64,000 nucleotides of DNA from Candidatus Poribacteria bacterium (lineage in GTDB: Bacteria; Poribacteria; WGA-4E; WGA-3G), in contig CAXXUA010000013.1 of assembly GCA_963663765.2 (NCBI GenBank), positions 64,001 through 128,000 on the forward strand. The letters are read 5' to 3'. The notes beneath the pieces were generated by a model. The model was not told where the DNA came from, did not search any database, and was given only the letters and a program-made list of their open reading frames with translations. Shown piece after piece: positions 42,028-51,399 of the stretch. The position numbers and the translations under genes were made by a program. Position 1 is the first letter of the stretch. Every line of letters begins with the position of its first letter.

Positions 42028-42939
42028 CTATTTTGGTCTACTTGTCATAGCTTCATTGACTGCACCGTCTCCATGTTTTCTGTAATAGTCTCCGTTAACC
42101 GCTATTAGTGTTTCTTTCGTATAATCTTCATCTTGTTCAGGAAAATATATCTTTTCATCTCTAGTGTGTATTATAGCTCCCATACTTCTTCCATACGAAA
42201 CTATTCTTGGAACATCACTGATTGTTAGTTTTTTTAAAATTCCATAACGTTTAGTTTTAGAAAAATACCTTCTAAGACTTCTGCTGCAGTTGTGTGCAAT
42301 ATGATGTTTTTTAGGACAGTAGAAAATTTCTCTACTCAACATTCCAATAATTTCTTTGGTAGTAGCTTCTTCATATTCTTCATCTAACGGAAGAAATTGA
42401 CTTGCTACATGATAACTCTTTATCAATAATTTTCTATCTTTTCTAAAATATACAGCAGCCAAATCTCTATCTATTATGTATCCAGTGCTATCTATATATC
42501 CGTATTGACCTTCTCTATTTTTACTTATAAGATCCTCTTGCCCAATTATTTTAGAAGGCTTAAAACTTTGAAATAAAAGAATCTCCTTGTCCTCATTATC
42601 CTGATCCTGCATATAGGCAATAAGGCATTTTATGTGCTTTTCATGAATTTCAGGGTCCTCTTCCATTTCCATTATTGTATCCTCTTCTATACTCCATTTC
42701 TCTATCCAGTTTGGAAGATCATAATCATGTATGGCAATTCGATAATGACCTTCTGCTTTCAATGTAGTTTCTAAATCCAACTCCTCTATATCATCTGTAA
42801 ATCTCCTATACTGCCTATCCCATTTTTCAATCATAGAATTAAACGTAGGATCCTCTAATTCCATTATACTCACCACACCACTTGTAGTTTTCAAATTATC
42901 TGTTTTAGTCAAAACTGATAGATAAAATTTATCAATCAT
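42028..42939 (-). CDS. kwaB: KwaB-like (DUF4868) anti-phage protein
   Basis: ~300 aa, ILLFQSF..SKII motif, ATGA-coupled to an upstream membrane protein; AT-rich. Confidence 0.65.
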   Translation of the reverse strand: MIDKFYLSVLTKTDNLKTTSGVVSIMELEDPTFNSMIEKWDRQYRRFTDDIEELDLETTLKAEGHYRIAIHDYDLPNWIEKWSIEEDTIMEMEEDPEIHEKHIKCLIAYMQDQDNEDKEILLFQSFKPSKIIGQEDLISKNREGQYGYIDSTGYIIDRDLAAVYFRKDRKLLIKSYHVASQFLPLDEEYEEATTKEIIGMLSREIFYCPKKHHIAHNCSRSLRRYFSKTKRYGILKKLTISDVPRIVSYGRSMGAIIHTRDEKIYFPEQDEDYTKETLIAVNGDYYRKHGDGAVNEAMTSRPK

Positions 42940-43502
42940 AAGCCCTCTTCTATAAAAACATCATGACACACGCGTCTTGTATTAATTGGATCACAAGATC
43001 TTAACGTTCTTTTTGTAATCAGCAATAAATTAAGGTTGTTCTTATTCTTCAATGTATAAATCTTATATCCACACAATCTCATTATAGGGTTAATATTGTA
43101 AGATCCTATATCTGTCATTATAAATACAGTGAATATAAATACAATACCGTATATTATATAGTCTGTCCACAACAATTCTGACTGCAGTCTTATTATAGGA
43201 AGTATATACAAGAACATAAAGTTAAGTAACCCTTGATCTCTTCTTCCAAACTCTTTTATATTCAACTCAAACTTTGTACCTTCCTTAGACAAACCCTTTG
43301 TAAGTCTGTAACATATTATAGACAATGTAATAGGTATAGCCAGGCAAATAATTATAAACAATATTATCTTATATAGTGGTATACAACATATCCAATCAAA
43401 TATTGGAAATTTAATAAATCTTAATTGAGTTATTCCAAATACTACCATTACTGGAGAAAGTGATGTTGCCATCAATAAGAATTTAAAATGTTTTTTCAAC
43501 AT
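42936..43502 (-). CDS. kwaA: KwaA-like 4-TM membrane protein
   Basis: SLSP, NFMFLYILP, INPIMRLCGYKIY; hydrophobic segments. Confidence 0.65.
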   Translation of the reverse strand: MLKKHFKFLLMATSLSPVMVVFGITQLRFIKFPIFDWICCIPLYKIILFIIICLAIPITLSIICYRLTKGLSKEGTKFELNIKEFGRRDQGLLNFMFLYILPIIRLQSELLWTDYIIYGIVFIFTVFIMTDIGSYNINPIMRLCGYKIYTLKNKNNLNLLLITKRTLRSCDPINTRRVCHDVFIEEGL

Positions 43503-43621
43503 TATAGCATCTCGTCAAAATTTTGTTGTCAATGTTATCACAAAATAACAAAACGTGCAAATTTTACATTGAATCAAATTCTTTATTTCTCCATATCTCA
43601 AAATTTTCGGCACGGAAACAT

Positions 43622-43850
43622 AATTGCATTTCTCACAAAGCGTATGAGCACCAGCATCCCGCTGAGATATGTGTCGTTTTCCTTCAAAATAGTGGTCAGG
43701 ATCCTTGTTGATAAGTTCAAATATTTGTTTACCTGCTGCAGTACAGTCGTTAAACGCAGCGCGGGGTGGAACATGTTCAAAAGATAATAAAGATAATTTC
43801 GTATATATTCCACAGATACGGCAGTTACCGAATACTTTTTTGCGAGCCAT
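43622..43850 (-). pseudogene. 3'-truncated copy of the HNH gene at 36143-37024
   Basis: MARKKVFGNCRICG...CEKCN; homology ends near 43622. Confidence 0.85.
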
Positions 43851-43933
43851 TCAAAATATTCTAACCTCCCATCTTCAATATTACAACAGCGCAATTCCCT
43901 CACGATAAGTCTGAAAGCACCTAACACACCGCA

Positions 43934-44170
43934 TCAATCAGCAACTTCAGAATCCACAGATTCTGGGAGTATTGGTTTTTTACTTGGTAAGACTGCGAAT
44001 TTATATTTGCCAGACCGTCGCATCTTTTCCTGGACCTCTTGATAGTGCGCGACCATCCGACTCACATCATGGTTAAACCTTGCCGAAATCTTGTGACGAA
44101 TTTCGCGAACTTCGTTGACTATCTCACATTCGGTATTTTCTATGATTTCTCTGTCTCTCATTTTAAGCAT
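43934..44170 (-). CDS. Small protein downstream of PIN toxin, putative antitoxin
   Basis: IVNEVREIRHKIS..F.HD motif; adjacent to the PIN gene. Confidence 0.7.
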   Translation of the reverse strand: MLKMRDREIIENTECEIVNEVREIRHKISARFNHDVSRMVAHYQEVQEKMRRSGKYKFAVLPSKKPILPESVDSEVAD

Positions 44171-44651
44171 TATCTCCGAAGTAATTCAATGGGGTTATTA
44201 ATTTAGGTGTTGCTAAACCTATATCTTGATTAATTCGCTGGATAAGAGAAATTTTGTTGGCATTGGCAATATGTGATTGATTCCATGTGAGGAGTTCGTC
44301 CATATTGTGAAAAGAAGCAATTGCCAAGTGCAGCGCGTCTCCAGAAGGATCTTGAGGCATTATCAATCTATCAATATAAATTTGCGTGATTTGAAGTATC
44401 TCAGCAGTAATCGGCAATATCTCAAGATTTGCAATTAATGAAATCCGGTCACGCGTTTTTTCGCTTATCCCGTCACTAAGTTCCTCAATTACGGTAGGAC
44501 TTGTAGTGAGGGTAAATAAATTCGCATATTTGTTCCACCATTGCCGAGTTACCCTCCGCCTCGCGAGAGATCCCTCGTCGGTCCGCAATGTATAGTAGGT
44601 ACTGGGAATTGACGTATCAATGTAGATGCGTTTTTGTGTTTCCCTATGCAA
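44163..44651 (-). CDS. PIN/VapC-domain toxin
   Basis: IYIDTS, EEL, DALHLAIA, LLTWN..HIAN. Confidence 0.88.
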   Translation of the reverse strand: MHRETQKRIYIDTSIPSTYYTLRTDEGSLARRRVTRQWWNKYANLFTLTTSPTVIEELSDGISEKTRDRISLIANLEILPITAEILQITQIYIDRLIMPQDPSGDALHLAIASFHNMDELLTWNQSHIANANKISLIQRINQDIGLATPKLITPLNYFGDNA

Positions 44652-44704
44652 TAATTATACTCTCCGTCAAGGTTGAATGCAACACAATATGATGTAAGAC
44701 TGTT

Positions 44705-45631
44705 TTAATACCCCAGCAGTGCAATCCCTTCACGATATGTTTGTGCAGATGTTTGCAAAGCACCCAACTCATCATCTGTCAGTTCAATCTCAATAATCTC
44801 CTCGATGCCGTTTGCACCGAGTTTTATGGGAACACCTATATAGAGATCGTTGATACCGTATTGTCCTGTAAGATGTGCTGAACACGGCAGTAGCCGTTTC
44901 TTATCCAAAACGATCGCTTCTGCCATCTGTGCTAACGAAGCACCAGCGGCGTAATATCCGCTTGTCTTGAGAAGATTGACGACCTCAGCACCGCCATCAC
45001 GAGTGCGCTGTGCCATCGCTTCAATACGTTCTGTTGAAATCAGTTGTGGAATTGGAATACCGTTGACGGTCGTATAGCGCGGTAGGGGAACCATTGTATC
45101 ACCGTGTCCACCCAGAACGAGTGCATGGATGTCTTCAACCGATACACCGAGTTCAAGTGAGATAAAATAGCGGAACCGTGCTGAATCCAACACACCAGCC
45201 TGTCCAACGACTCGGTGTGATGGGAATCCTGATACCTTCCATGCGTGATAGGTCATGATGTCAAGCGGGTTGGTGAGCATCATGATTATAGTATCTGGTG
45301 AATGCTTCACGACATTTTCTGTGACGCTTCTGACGATGTTGGCGTTTGTTTGCAATAGGTCTTCGCGTGTCATACCCGGTTTACGTGGGGACCCTGATGT
45401 GATGATAACTAAATCGGAATTTGCGGTTGCGGAATAATCAAGGTCGCCGCTTATTGAAGCGTCAAACAGTTCTACCGGTCCCATCTCCGCCATATCTAAT
45501 GCTTTACCTTGTGGGACTCCATCAACAATGTCAATCATGACGACATCGCCAAGTTGTTTTTGTGCTATTAGAAATGCTGCTGTTGCGCCGACGTTACCTG
45601 CACCGATAACACTAATTTTTTTTCTTGCCAC
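44705..45631 (-). CDS. mdh: Malate dehydrogenase (LDH-like)
   Basis: IGAGNVG, PRKPGMTREDL, NPLD, LDSAR, GGHGD. Confidence 0.97.
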   Translation of the reverse strand: MARKKISVIGAGNVGATAAFLIAQKQLGDVVMIDIVDGVPQGKALDMAEMGPVELFDASISGDLDYSATANSDLVIITSGSPRKPGMTREDLLQTNANIVRSVTENVVKHSPDTIIMMLTNPLDIMTYHAWKVSGFPSHRVVGQAGVLDSARFRYFISLELGVSVEDIHALVLGGHGDTMVPLPRYTTVNGIPIPQLISTERIEAMAQRTRDGGAEVVNLLKTSGYYAAGASLAQMAEAIVLDKKRLLPCSAHLTGQYGINDLYIGVPIKLGANGIEEIIEIELTDDELGALQTSAQTYREGIALLGY

Positions 45632-45740
45632 TTCTTCCTCCGTTTTGGACTATAAAATGCAGGACTTACGCAATTTTCATGATTTAATCAAGAATTGTGT
45701 TGAAAAGGATGTAATTTTCAGCATTATTGATGTTCCAGCG

Positions 45741-45824
45741 CCAAATCAACGGTATGAATGCCTTTTTGCATTCCCCGCCTACAAAGCACCAAATCAACGG
45801 TATGAATGCCATTTAGGCATTCAC
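45741..45824 (+). mobile_element. Two 35/36-bp CCAAATCAACGGTATGAATGCC..GGCATTC micro-inserts (45741-45775 and 45789-45824)
   Basis: Absent from the 121-bp copy at 24239-24359; 121+35+36=192 bp matches this copy. Confidence 0.85.
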
Positions 45825-45875
45825 CGCCTACCGTTTGGAGCGTAAATCCTGAAATGATTTGTGATTAGACTACTA

Positions 45876-46010
45876 TTATTCCCCTTGTTTTCGTATTGTA
45901 ATCAACTCATCTAAGATGCGTTTATGAAGCCGATATAACTCAAAACCGATTGCGAAACCGACCGCCGCTACTACTCCGATTCCGAAATAGATTTTTGCTT
46001 TTAAAGACAA
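45876..46010 (-). CDS. 44-aa single-TM small protein (not in the ORF track)
   Basis: AAGGAG-6nt-TTG; MSLKAKIYFGIGVVAAVGFAIGFELYRLHKRILDELITIRKQGE. Confidence 0.6.
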   Translation of the reverse strand: MSLKAKIYFGIGVVAAVGFAIGFELYRLHKRILDELITIRKQGE

Positions 46011-46305
46011 ATGTTGCTCCTTTTAATGATAAGACTTACGTAGTTTTCTTGATTTAATCAGGAATTATGATGAAAATGATGCAATTTTCAGCATTTTTAT
46101 GGTTTCCAGCGCCAAATCAAGAAATCAACGGTATGAATGCCATTTAGGCATTCCCCGGGTATGAATGCCTTTTGGCATTCCCCGCCTACAAAGCACCAAA
46201 TCAAGAAATCAACGGTATGAATACCTTTTGGCATTCCCCGGGTATGAATGCCATTTAGGCATTCACCGCCTACCGTTTTTGCGTAAATCCTATTATGATA
46301 TATAT

Positions 46306-47553
46306 TTATGAAAAGTTCTCAATGATTGCTTCGCCGTATTCAGAAGTGCGAACTTTTGTTGCCCCTTCCATTAGTCGTTCCAGATCGTAGGTCACCTTTT
46401 TCTGTAGAATAGTCTTCTCAAGTCCAGTGATAATGAGGTCGGCTGCGTCTTGCCAACCGATGTGTTCTAACATCATCACAGCAGAGAGGATAAGCGAACT
46501 GGGATTAACAACATCCTGATCTGCATATTTCGGTGCTGTACCGTGTGTTGCTTCAAAGAGTGCGACTTCATCGTTGAGATTGCCCCCCGGTGCCATACCG
46601 ATACCACCGACTTGAGCTGCGGCAGCATCGGAGAGATAATCACCGTTCAGATTTGGTGTAACGATAACATCGTATTCATCAGTACGTGTTAGGATCTGCT
46701 GTAACATGCTATCTGCAATTCGGTCGTTTACGATAATTTTGCCTTCTGGGTCGCTACCATCATATTTGTCATAAAGTTCGGTTTCGGTAATGGTGGTATC
46801 AGCAAATTCCTCTTTTGCGAGTTCATAACCCCATGCGCAGAAAGCACCTTCAGTGAACTTCATGATATTTCCTTTGTGAACAAAGGTGACGCTGCGTCTG
46901 TTGTGGTCAATAGCATATTGGATCGCCATTCGTGTCAGTCTTTTTGTGCCGAAAATACTTATTGGTTTTATACCGACACCTGAGTCTTCACGGATTTCCA
47001 CTCCCATTTCTGTGCGAAGTAGGTCAATCACCTTTTTTACTTCTGGTGTTCCCTGTTCCCATTCTATACCAGCGTAAACATCTTCAGTATTCTCACGGAA
47101 GATGACGACATCCATTTTTTCCGGATGCGTGACAGGTGCAGGTACACCTTGGAAGTAACGAACAGGACGCACACACGCATAGAGTTCAAGCACTTGGCGT
47201 AATGTTACATTTAGACTGCGGAAACCGCCGCCGACTGGTGTTGTCAAGGGACCTTTTAGTGCAACGCGGAAATGTTCAATTGCTTTGAAGGTATCTTGCG
47301 GTAGCCATTCATTGTATTTTTCCATGGCGTTTTCGCCTGCGTATATATCAAACCAGACGATCTGCTTTTCACCATCATAGGCACTTTGGACAGCGGCATC
47401 AACGACACGACGCGTTGTTTTCATGATGTCTCGTCCGATACCGTCACCTTCAATGACAGGAATAATCGGGTTATCTGGAACAGCTTTCTGTCCATTGGCA
47501 GTCTGTATTATTTCACCATCTGTTGGGATTGTTAATTGATCAAATTCAATCAC
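46306..47553 (-). CDS. icd: Isocitrate dehydrogenase (E. coli type)
   Basis: [46 protein letters not shown]. Confidence 0.97.
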   Translation of the reverse strand: MIEFDQLTIPTDGEIIQTANGQKAVPDNPIIPVIEGDGIGRDIMKTTRRVVDAAVQSAYDGEKQIVWFDIYAGENAMEKYNEWLPQDTFKAIEHFRVALKGPLTTPVGGGFRSLNVTLRQVLELYACVRPVRYFQGVPAPVTHPEKMDVVIFRENTEDVYAGIEWEQGTPEVKKVIDLLRTEMGVEIREDSGVGIKPISIFGTKRLTRMAIQYAIDHNRRSVTFVHKGNIMKFTEGAFCAWGYELAKEEFADTTITETELYDKYDGSDPEGKIIVNDRIADSMLQQILTRTDEYDVIVTPNLNGDYLSDAAAAQVGGIGMAPGGNLNDEVALFEATHGTAPKYADQDVVNPSSLILSAVMMLEHIGWQDAADLIITGLEKTILQKKVTYDLERLMEGATKVRTSEYGEAIIENFS

Positions 47554-47639
47554 TGGGATTCCTCTTTGATTCACGCAAGTATCTATAGGATATACTCACG
47601 GATTTAGATTTGTGCTTTTAGGGATTAGGGTAGGTGTCT

Positions 47640-49201
47640 CTATTGGTCAAATATTTCATCCCCTGCCATTCGGTTGTGCAATGCGACGACTTCATTAGCG
47701 ATTGTCATATCATCGGTAGGCTTCGGAATAATTTCGGGGTCTGGTGGAATTACGGGTCGTATAATTTTGAGTTGGAGCTGTTCACGTGCATCCATCATCC
47801 AACCGAATCCACGGAAAATATAAGTTAGAAAAGTCCTGTCATTTTCATAAATATCCAAACCTTCTTGGACAGACCATCCGCCAAAATCGGTGTTTGGAGT
47901 TAGCCGTAGCGGTGGTTCATTTTCTCGACCCGGACGCACAATCCCTTCAATAAAGGCAATTTGATAGATACGTTGCATAATTGATAAGCGTTTTTTCTGT
48001 CTATCGTTAAGTTGAATTTCACCTTTATTCACGGCATCTAAGAAAGGATTAAAATAGATTGCGGGTCTTGGGTCTTGTTGTATTTCATCTGTTCTACCCG
48101 CGGCTGCAATTTCTGGGTGTCCGAAGGTTGGAAGAGCCGTGAGCATGCGTTCACGGATTGCAGCTTCTCTCTCATCGGAATTGAGCGGTTCAATCTGATT
48201 GATAAAGTCAGTCATGTCGTGGATAGCACCGAAATGTCGGTCACCGTCTAAAGCCATTTGTGCGGCAACGAATAAGTCTGAGACTGCACCTGCGTGTAGA
48301 GTTGCGAGGGTAACGTGCAACGACGTTTGACCCAGCGGAACCGTGGTGCGTTTGTATGATACCCATACGTTCTAATATGAAGGCTTCAACGGAAGTTGCT
48401 TCTCTGCCTAAAAGGAGACTATAGCACGTTTGAAAAGCGGTTTTTTCCATTTTTCTGGTGTTCAATAATAAGGTCATTTGCGCGCATTGCGAGTACTTGT
48501 GGGTGCAATGCGTTGCTTTCTCTCAGTTGGTGTCGCATAAAAACAGATATTGTTCCCAATGCGACGTTTTCCATGTGGGTATTAATGAGTTCTAATAATA
48601 GATCCCCTTGTTCCCTTGTTGTATTTATACCTTTTTGATCTGGGATGCTAAGTTTGCGGAGTGTGGAAAAATGCTGTATAACTGCTTCGGGGCCGGTTTC
48701 TGGGAAGGCTTTTACAAAATCTGCGACTTGATTGATGAGACGTTGGTTGCCTGTGAGACCGTCTCTGCGTATCTCAATGAATTCATAGAACGTTCTGTCT
48801 ATTATCTCTGAAAAAAGGTTTTCTTCGTCTAAATCATCTTGGTTAGTGTTAGGTATTCTTCCGAATAGACCTACGAAAATAACGTGCGCTGGGCTAAGTT
48901 GTTTTGCAATAATTTCGCTTTCAGAAACGATACCGCGTATACCAAAACTTCGGACATTGAGGGTAATCTGTGTATCGCCACACTCCACGGCGGTCTGGTG
49001 TAAAACGGGGTTTGCAAAAACATTTGTGGATTGTGGCATTGAGCTGAAACTCTTGAGTGCTGCAGCAATTTCTCCCTCGCCTAACGTAGTTGCCCGTGCC
49101 ATTGACTTATTTACAGGTGCATACGTTGAGGCTTGGGGAACTTCAGACACGATTTTTTTGACCGCCTCTTCTCGCTTTGCCTCCGTACTGTTATTCAACA
49201 T
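47640..49201 (-). pseudogene. Divergent citrate-synthase-family gene split by two +1 frameshifts
   Basis: HHGSAGSN..AR, GDRHFGA, TFGH, DPR, PNTDF, RGFGW, IIRP spread over three frames; extra bases in runs at 48441-48446 and 48308-48310. Confidence 0.75.
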
Positions 49202-49388
49202 GAAATCTCCTTAGTCATGAATCTGATACGTCCACGTATATCTCGCTCGTTGTTGCAATCCGATTCAAAAATATTGTGTGTAGAAGGTGAAGACGTTCAG
49301 ATTCCATCATAATATGAAAAGTTTGCTGACTGATCTATTAATCCTTTAAGATATTTTATATGATTTCTGAATAAAAGTCAAGATAAAA

Positions 49389-49419
49389 GTTGTAAGGTTG
49401 TAAGTTGTAAGGTTGTAAG
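49389..49419. repeat. Short tandem repeat (GTTGTAAG) x4
   Basis: Read directly; followed by a hairpin at ~49433-49465. Confidence 0.8.
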
Positions 49420-49523
49420 GAGAGTGCAAAAACAATGCCGAGTGCGTGAGTTGCACACGGCATTGCCTTGTTAGAGGTATCTATCTTCTATATAATGTAA
49501 ATTGAATTAGTTACTAAATGAAC

Positions 49524-50342
49524 TTACTTTATGTCTTTGATGTGACCCCAAGTTGTAGTTGCTTTTCCAGCAGGTTCAACGGGTGTTGCGACATCAGCTT
49601 GTAGTGAGATAAAGTTAATCATCTCAATGAGTACTTGACCACGAGGCAGGTCTCCGCCATTTGGTTCCTGCATGCAAATTCCAACTCGGCCACTGCTGTC
49701 GTTTAACTTAATGATACCGGGATCAAAGTAATCAGCACCGTTGTCTCCAAAAGCTGCTTCGACGCTCCATGGGTCAACAATTTGTGGTGTTTTGAACGGA
49801 CGTTCGGACGTGTAATTCACCAATGAAGGTGTATGTTCTGCTCCCAAATCAGTCGGTGTGATCTGAGTTCCACCACCCCACAAATCAGCATTAAGGTTGA
49901 TGATATTTTGCAATCCACCTACAGCATTTGCGCCGCCACCTTCAGTTACATAGAAGATGTAATCAGAGCAGTTAAGGACAACATTACCACCGTATATGAA
50001 CCGTTCCATTATTGAATCGTCAACTTGTACATTTCCGGGAGTGTATAACGTTGTTGGTGTCCAACCAAAGAGAATAATGATGTCCGTGTGTTCATCATCA
50101 ATGCGTTCTTCAGCCCAAGGCCCGATTTCAGCATCAGTTTTGTATACGACTTCATCCACAGCAGTAACAGTATTTTTCAGGTTATCAAACACGATTGCGC
50201 GTTGTATGTCAGCATTTTCCTGTGTAATCCACCCAACACCTTCACTAAAGATTGCAACATCACCGAGGCCAGCCCAAGTTGTTGTTGCCATAGCGAAAAC
50301 AGCGAGGATTGTAAATAGTAATATCATAGGTCTAATGTTCAT
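49524..50342 (-). CDS. Secreted hypothetical protein with PVEPAGKATTTWGHIK tail
   Basis: Signal peptide; paralog of the next gene. Confidence 0.85.
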   Translation of the reverse strand: MNIRPMILLFTILAVFAMATTTWAGLGDVAIFSEGVGWITQENADIQRAIVFDNLKNTVTAVDEVVYKTDAEIGPWAEERIDDEHTDIIILFGWTPTTLYTPGNVQVDDSIMERFIYGGNVVLNCSDYIFYVTEGGGANAVGGLQNIINLNADLWGGGTQITPTDLGAEHTPSLVNYTSERPFKTPQIVDPWSVEAAFGDNGADYFDPGIIKLNDSSGRVGICMQEPNGGDLPRGQVLIEMINFISLQADVATPVEPAGKATTTWGHIKDIK

Positions 50343-50428
50343 TAGATTCTCCTTTTAATTTGTTTGATAAAAAACTTGGATTTTTGTATGTAAGGACGTA
50401 ACGCAATGTACGTCCTTACAGATAATGG

Positions 50429-51247
50429 TTAATAATCTGATTTGATGTGTCCCCATGTAGTAGTTACTTTTTGTTTAGGATCGACATCTGCTGCCCCGAG
50501 GACATTAGCGAGATAGTTATCAATCATTTCAGCAAAAACTTCACCGCGCGGAAGTCCAGCATTATTGGGTTCTTGGAAAGCGATACCTATACGTCCACCA
50601 GAATCAGTGTCGTGGACAATTGCAGGATCAAATAATCCTGCCCCGTTATCACCGAATACCACCTCAACTTCCCATGGATCAACAACTTGGCTTTCTTTAA
50701 AGGCTCTTTCTGAGGTGAAAGCCACCATACTTGGTGTATATTGCTCAGCGTCGGTACTTGGTTTGATAGCTGTTCCACCGGTCCACAAGTCTATGCTGAT
50801 GTTCATCATATTTTGTAAACCACCGACAGCGTTTGTACCTGCACCATTTACCACGTAAAAGATATAATCAGCAGTATTGAAGAATATATTTCCTCCCTCA
50901 AGGAAATTTTCTGCAACTGAACCATCAGGTTGTGTGTTTCCTGCAGGATAAAGAGTCGCTGGAAAATCACCGAACAAGACAATAATATCAGAAAAACCGT
51001 TATCAGTATGTTCTTCTGCCCATGTTTTTAGTTCGTTTTCACCAAGCGTGACAACATCAGCAGGTTCTTTCAAGAGTTCTGCTAATTCTTCTCCTTCGGC
51101 TTTTGCAGTTGTTTGTGCAATCCATCCAGATCGTTCGGTATAGATTGCGACTTCTCCCAGGGGTCCTGCTTCACTGAAAACCGAATTAACGGATACTGCA
51201 AGAATACACCCTAAGGTGATAGTCGTAAGTGTTATCAATTGTTTCAT
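50429..51247 (-). CDS. Secreted hypothetical protein with VDPKQKVTTTWGHIK tail
   Basis: Signal peptide; shared DYIFYV, NAVGGLQN and PRG motifs. Confidence 0.85.
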   Translation of the reverse strand: MKQLITLTTITLGCILAVSVNSVFSEAGPLGEVAIYTERSGWIAQTTAKAEGEELAELLKEPADVVTLGENELKTWAEEHTDNGFSDIIVLFGDFPATLYPAGNTQPDGSVAENFLEGGNIFFNTADYIFYVVNGAGTNAVGGLQNMMNISIDLWTGGTAIKPSTDAEQYTPSMVAFTSERAFKESQVVDPWEVEVVFGDNGAGLFDPAIVHDTDSGGRIGIAFQEPNNAGLPRGEVFAEMIDNYLANVLGAADVDPKQKVTTTWGHIKSDY

Positions 51248-51399
51248 TCAAATTCATCCTTTTATTAATTGCCTTATAATAGTAATGTTGTAGTATAGTT
51301 TCTACAATGTGACAAGGAACAATTACATTTCTTATTTAATTTTCCTTTATAAAATTATACGAAAACTAAAAAACAATGTCAAGTAAAATATATAAAATA

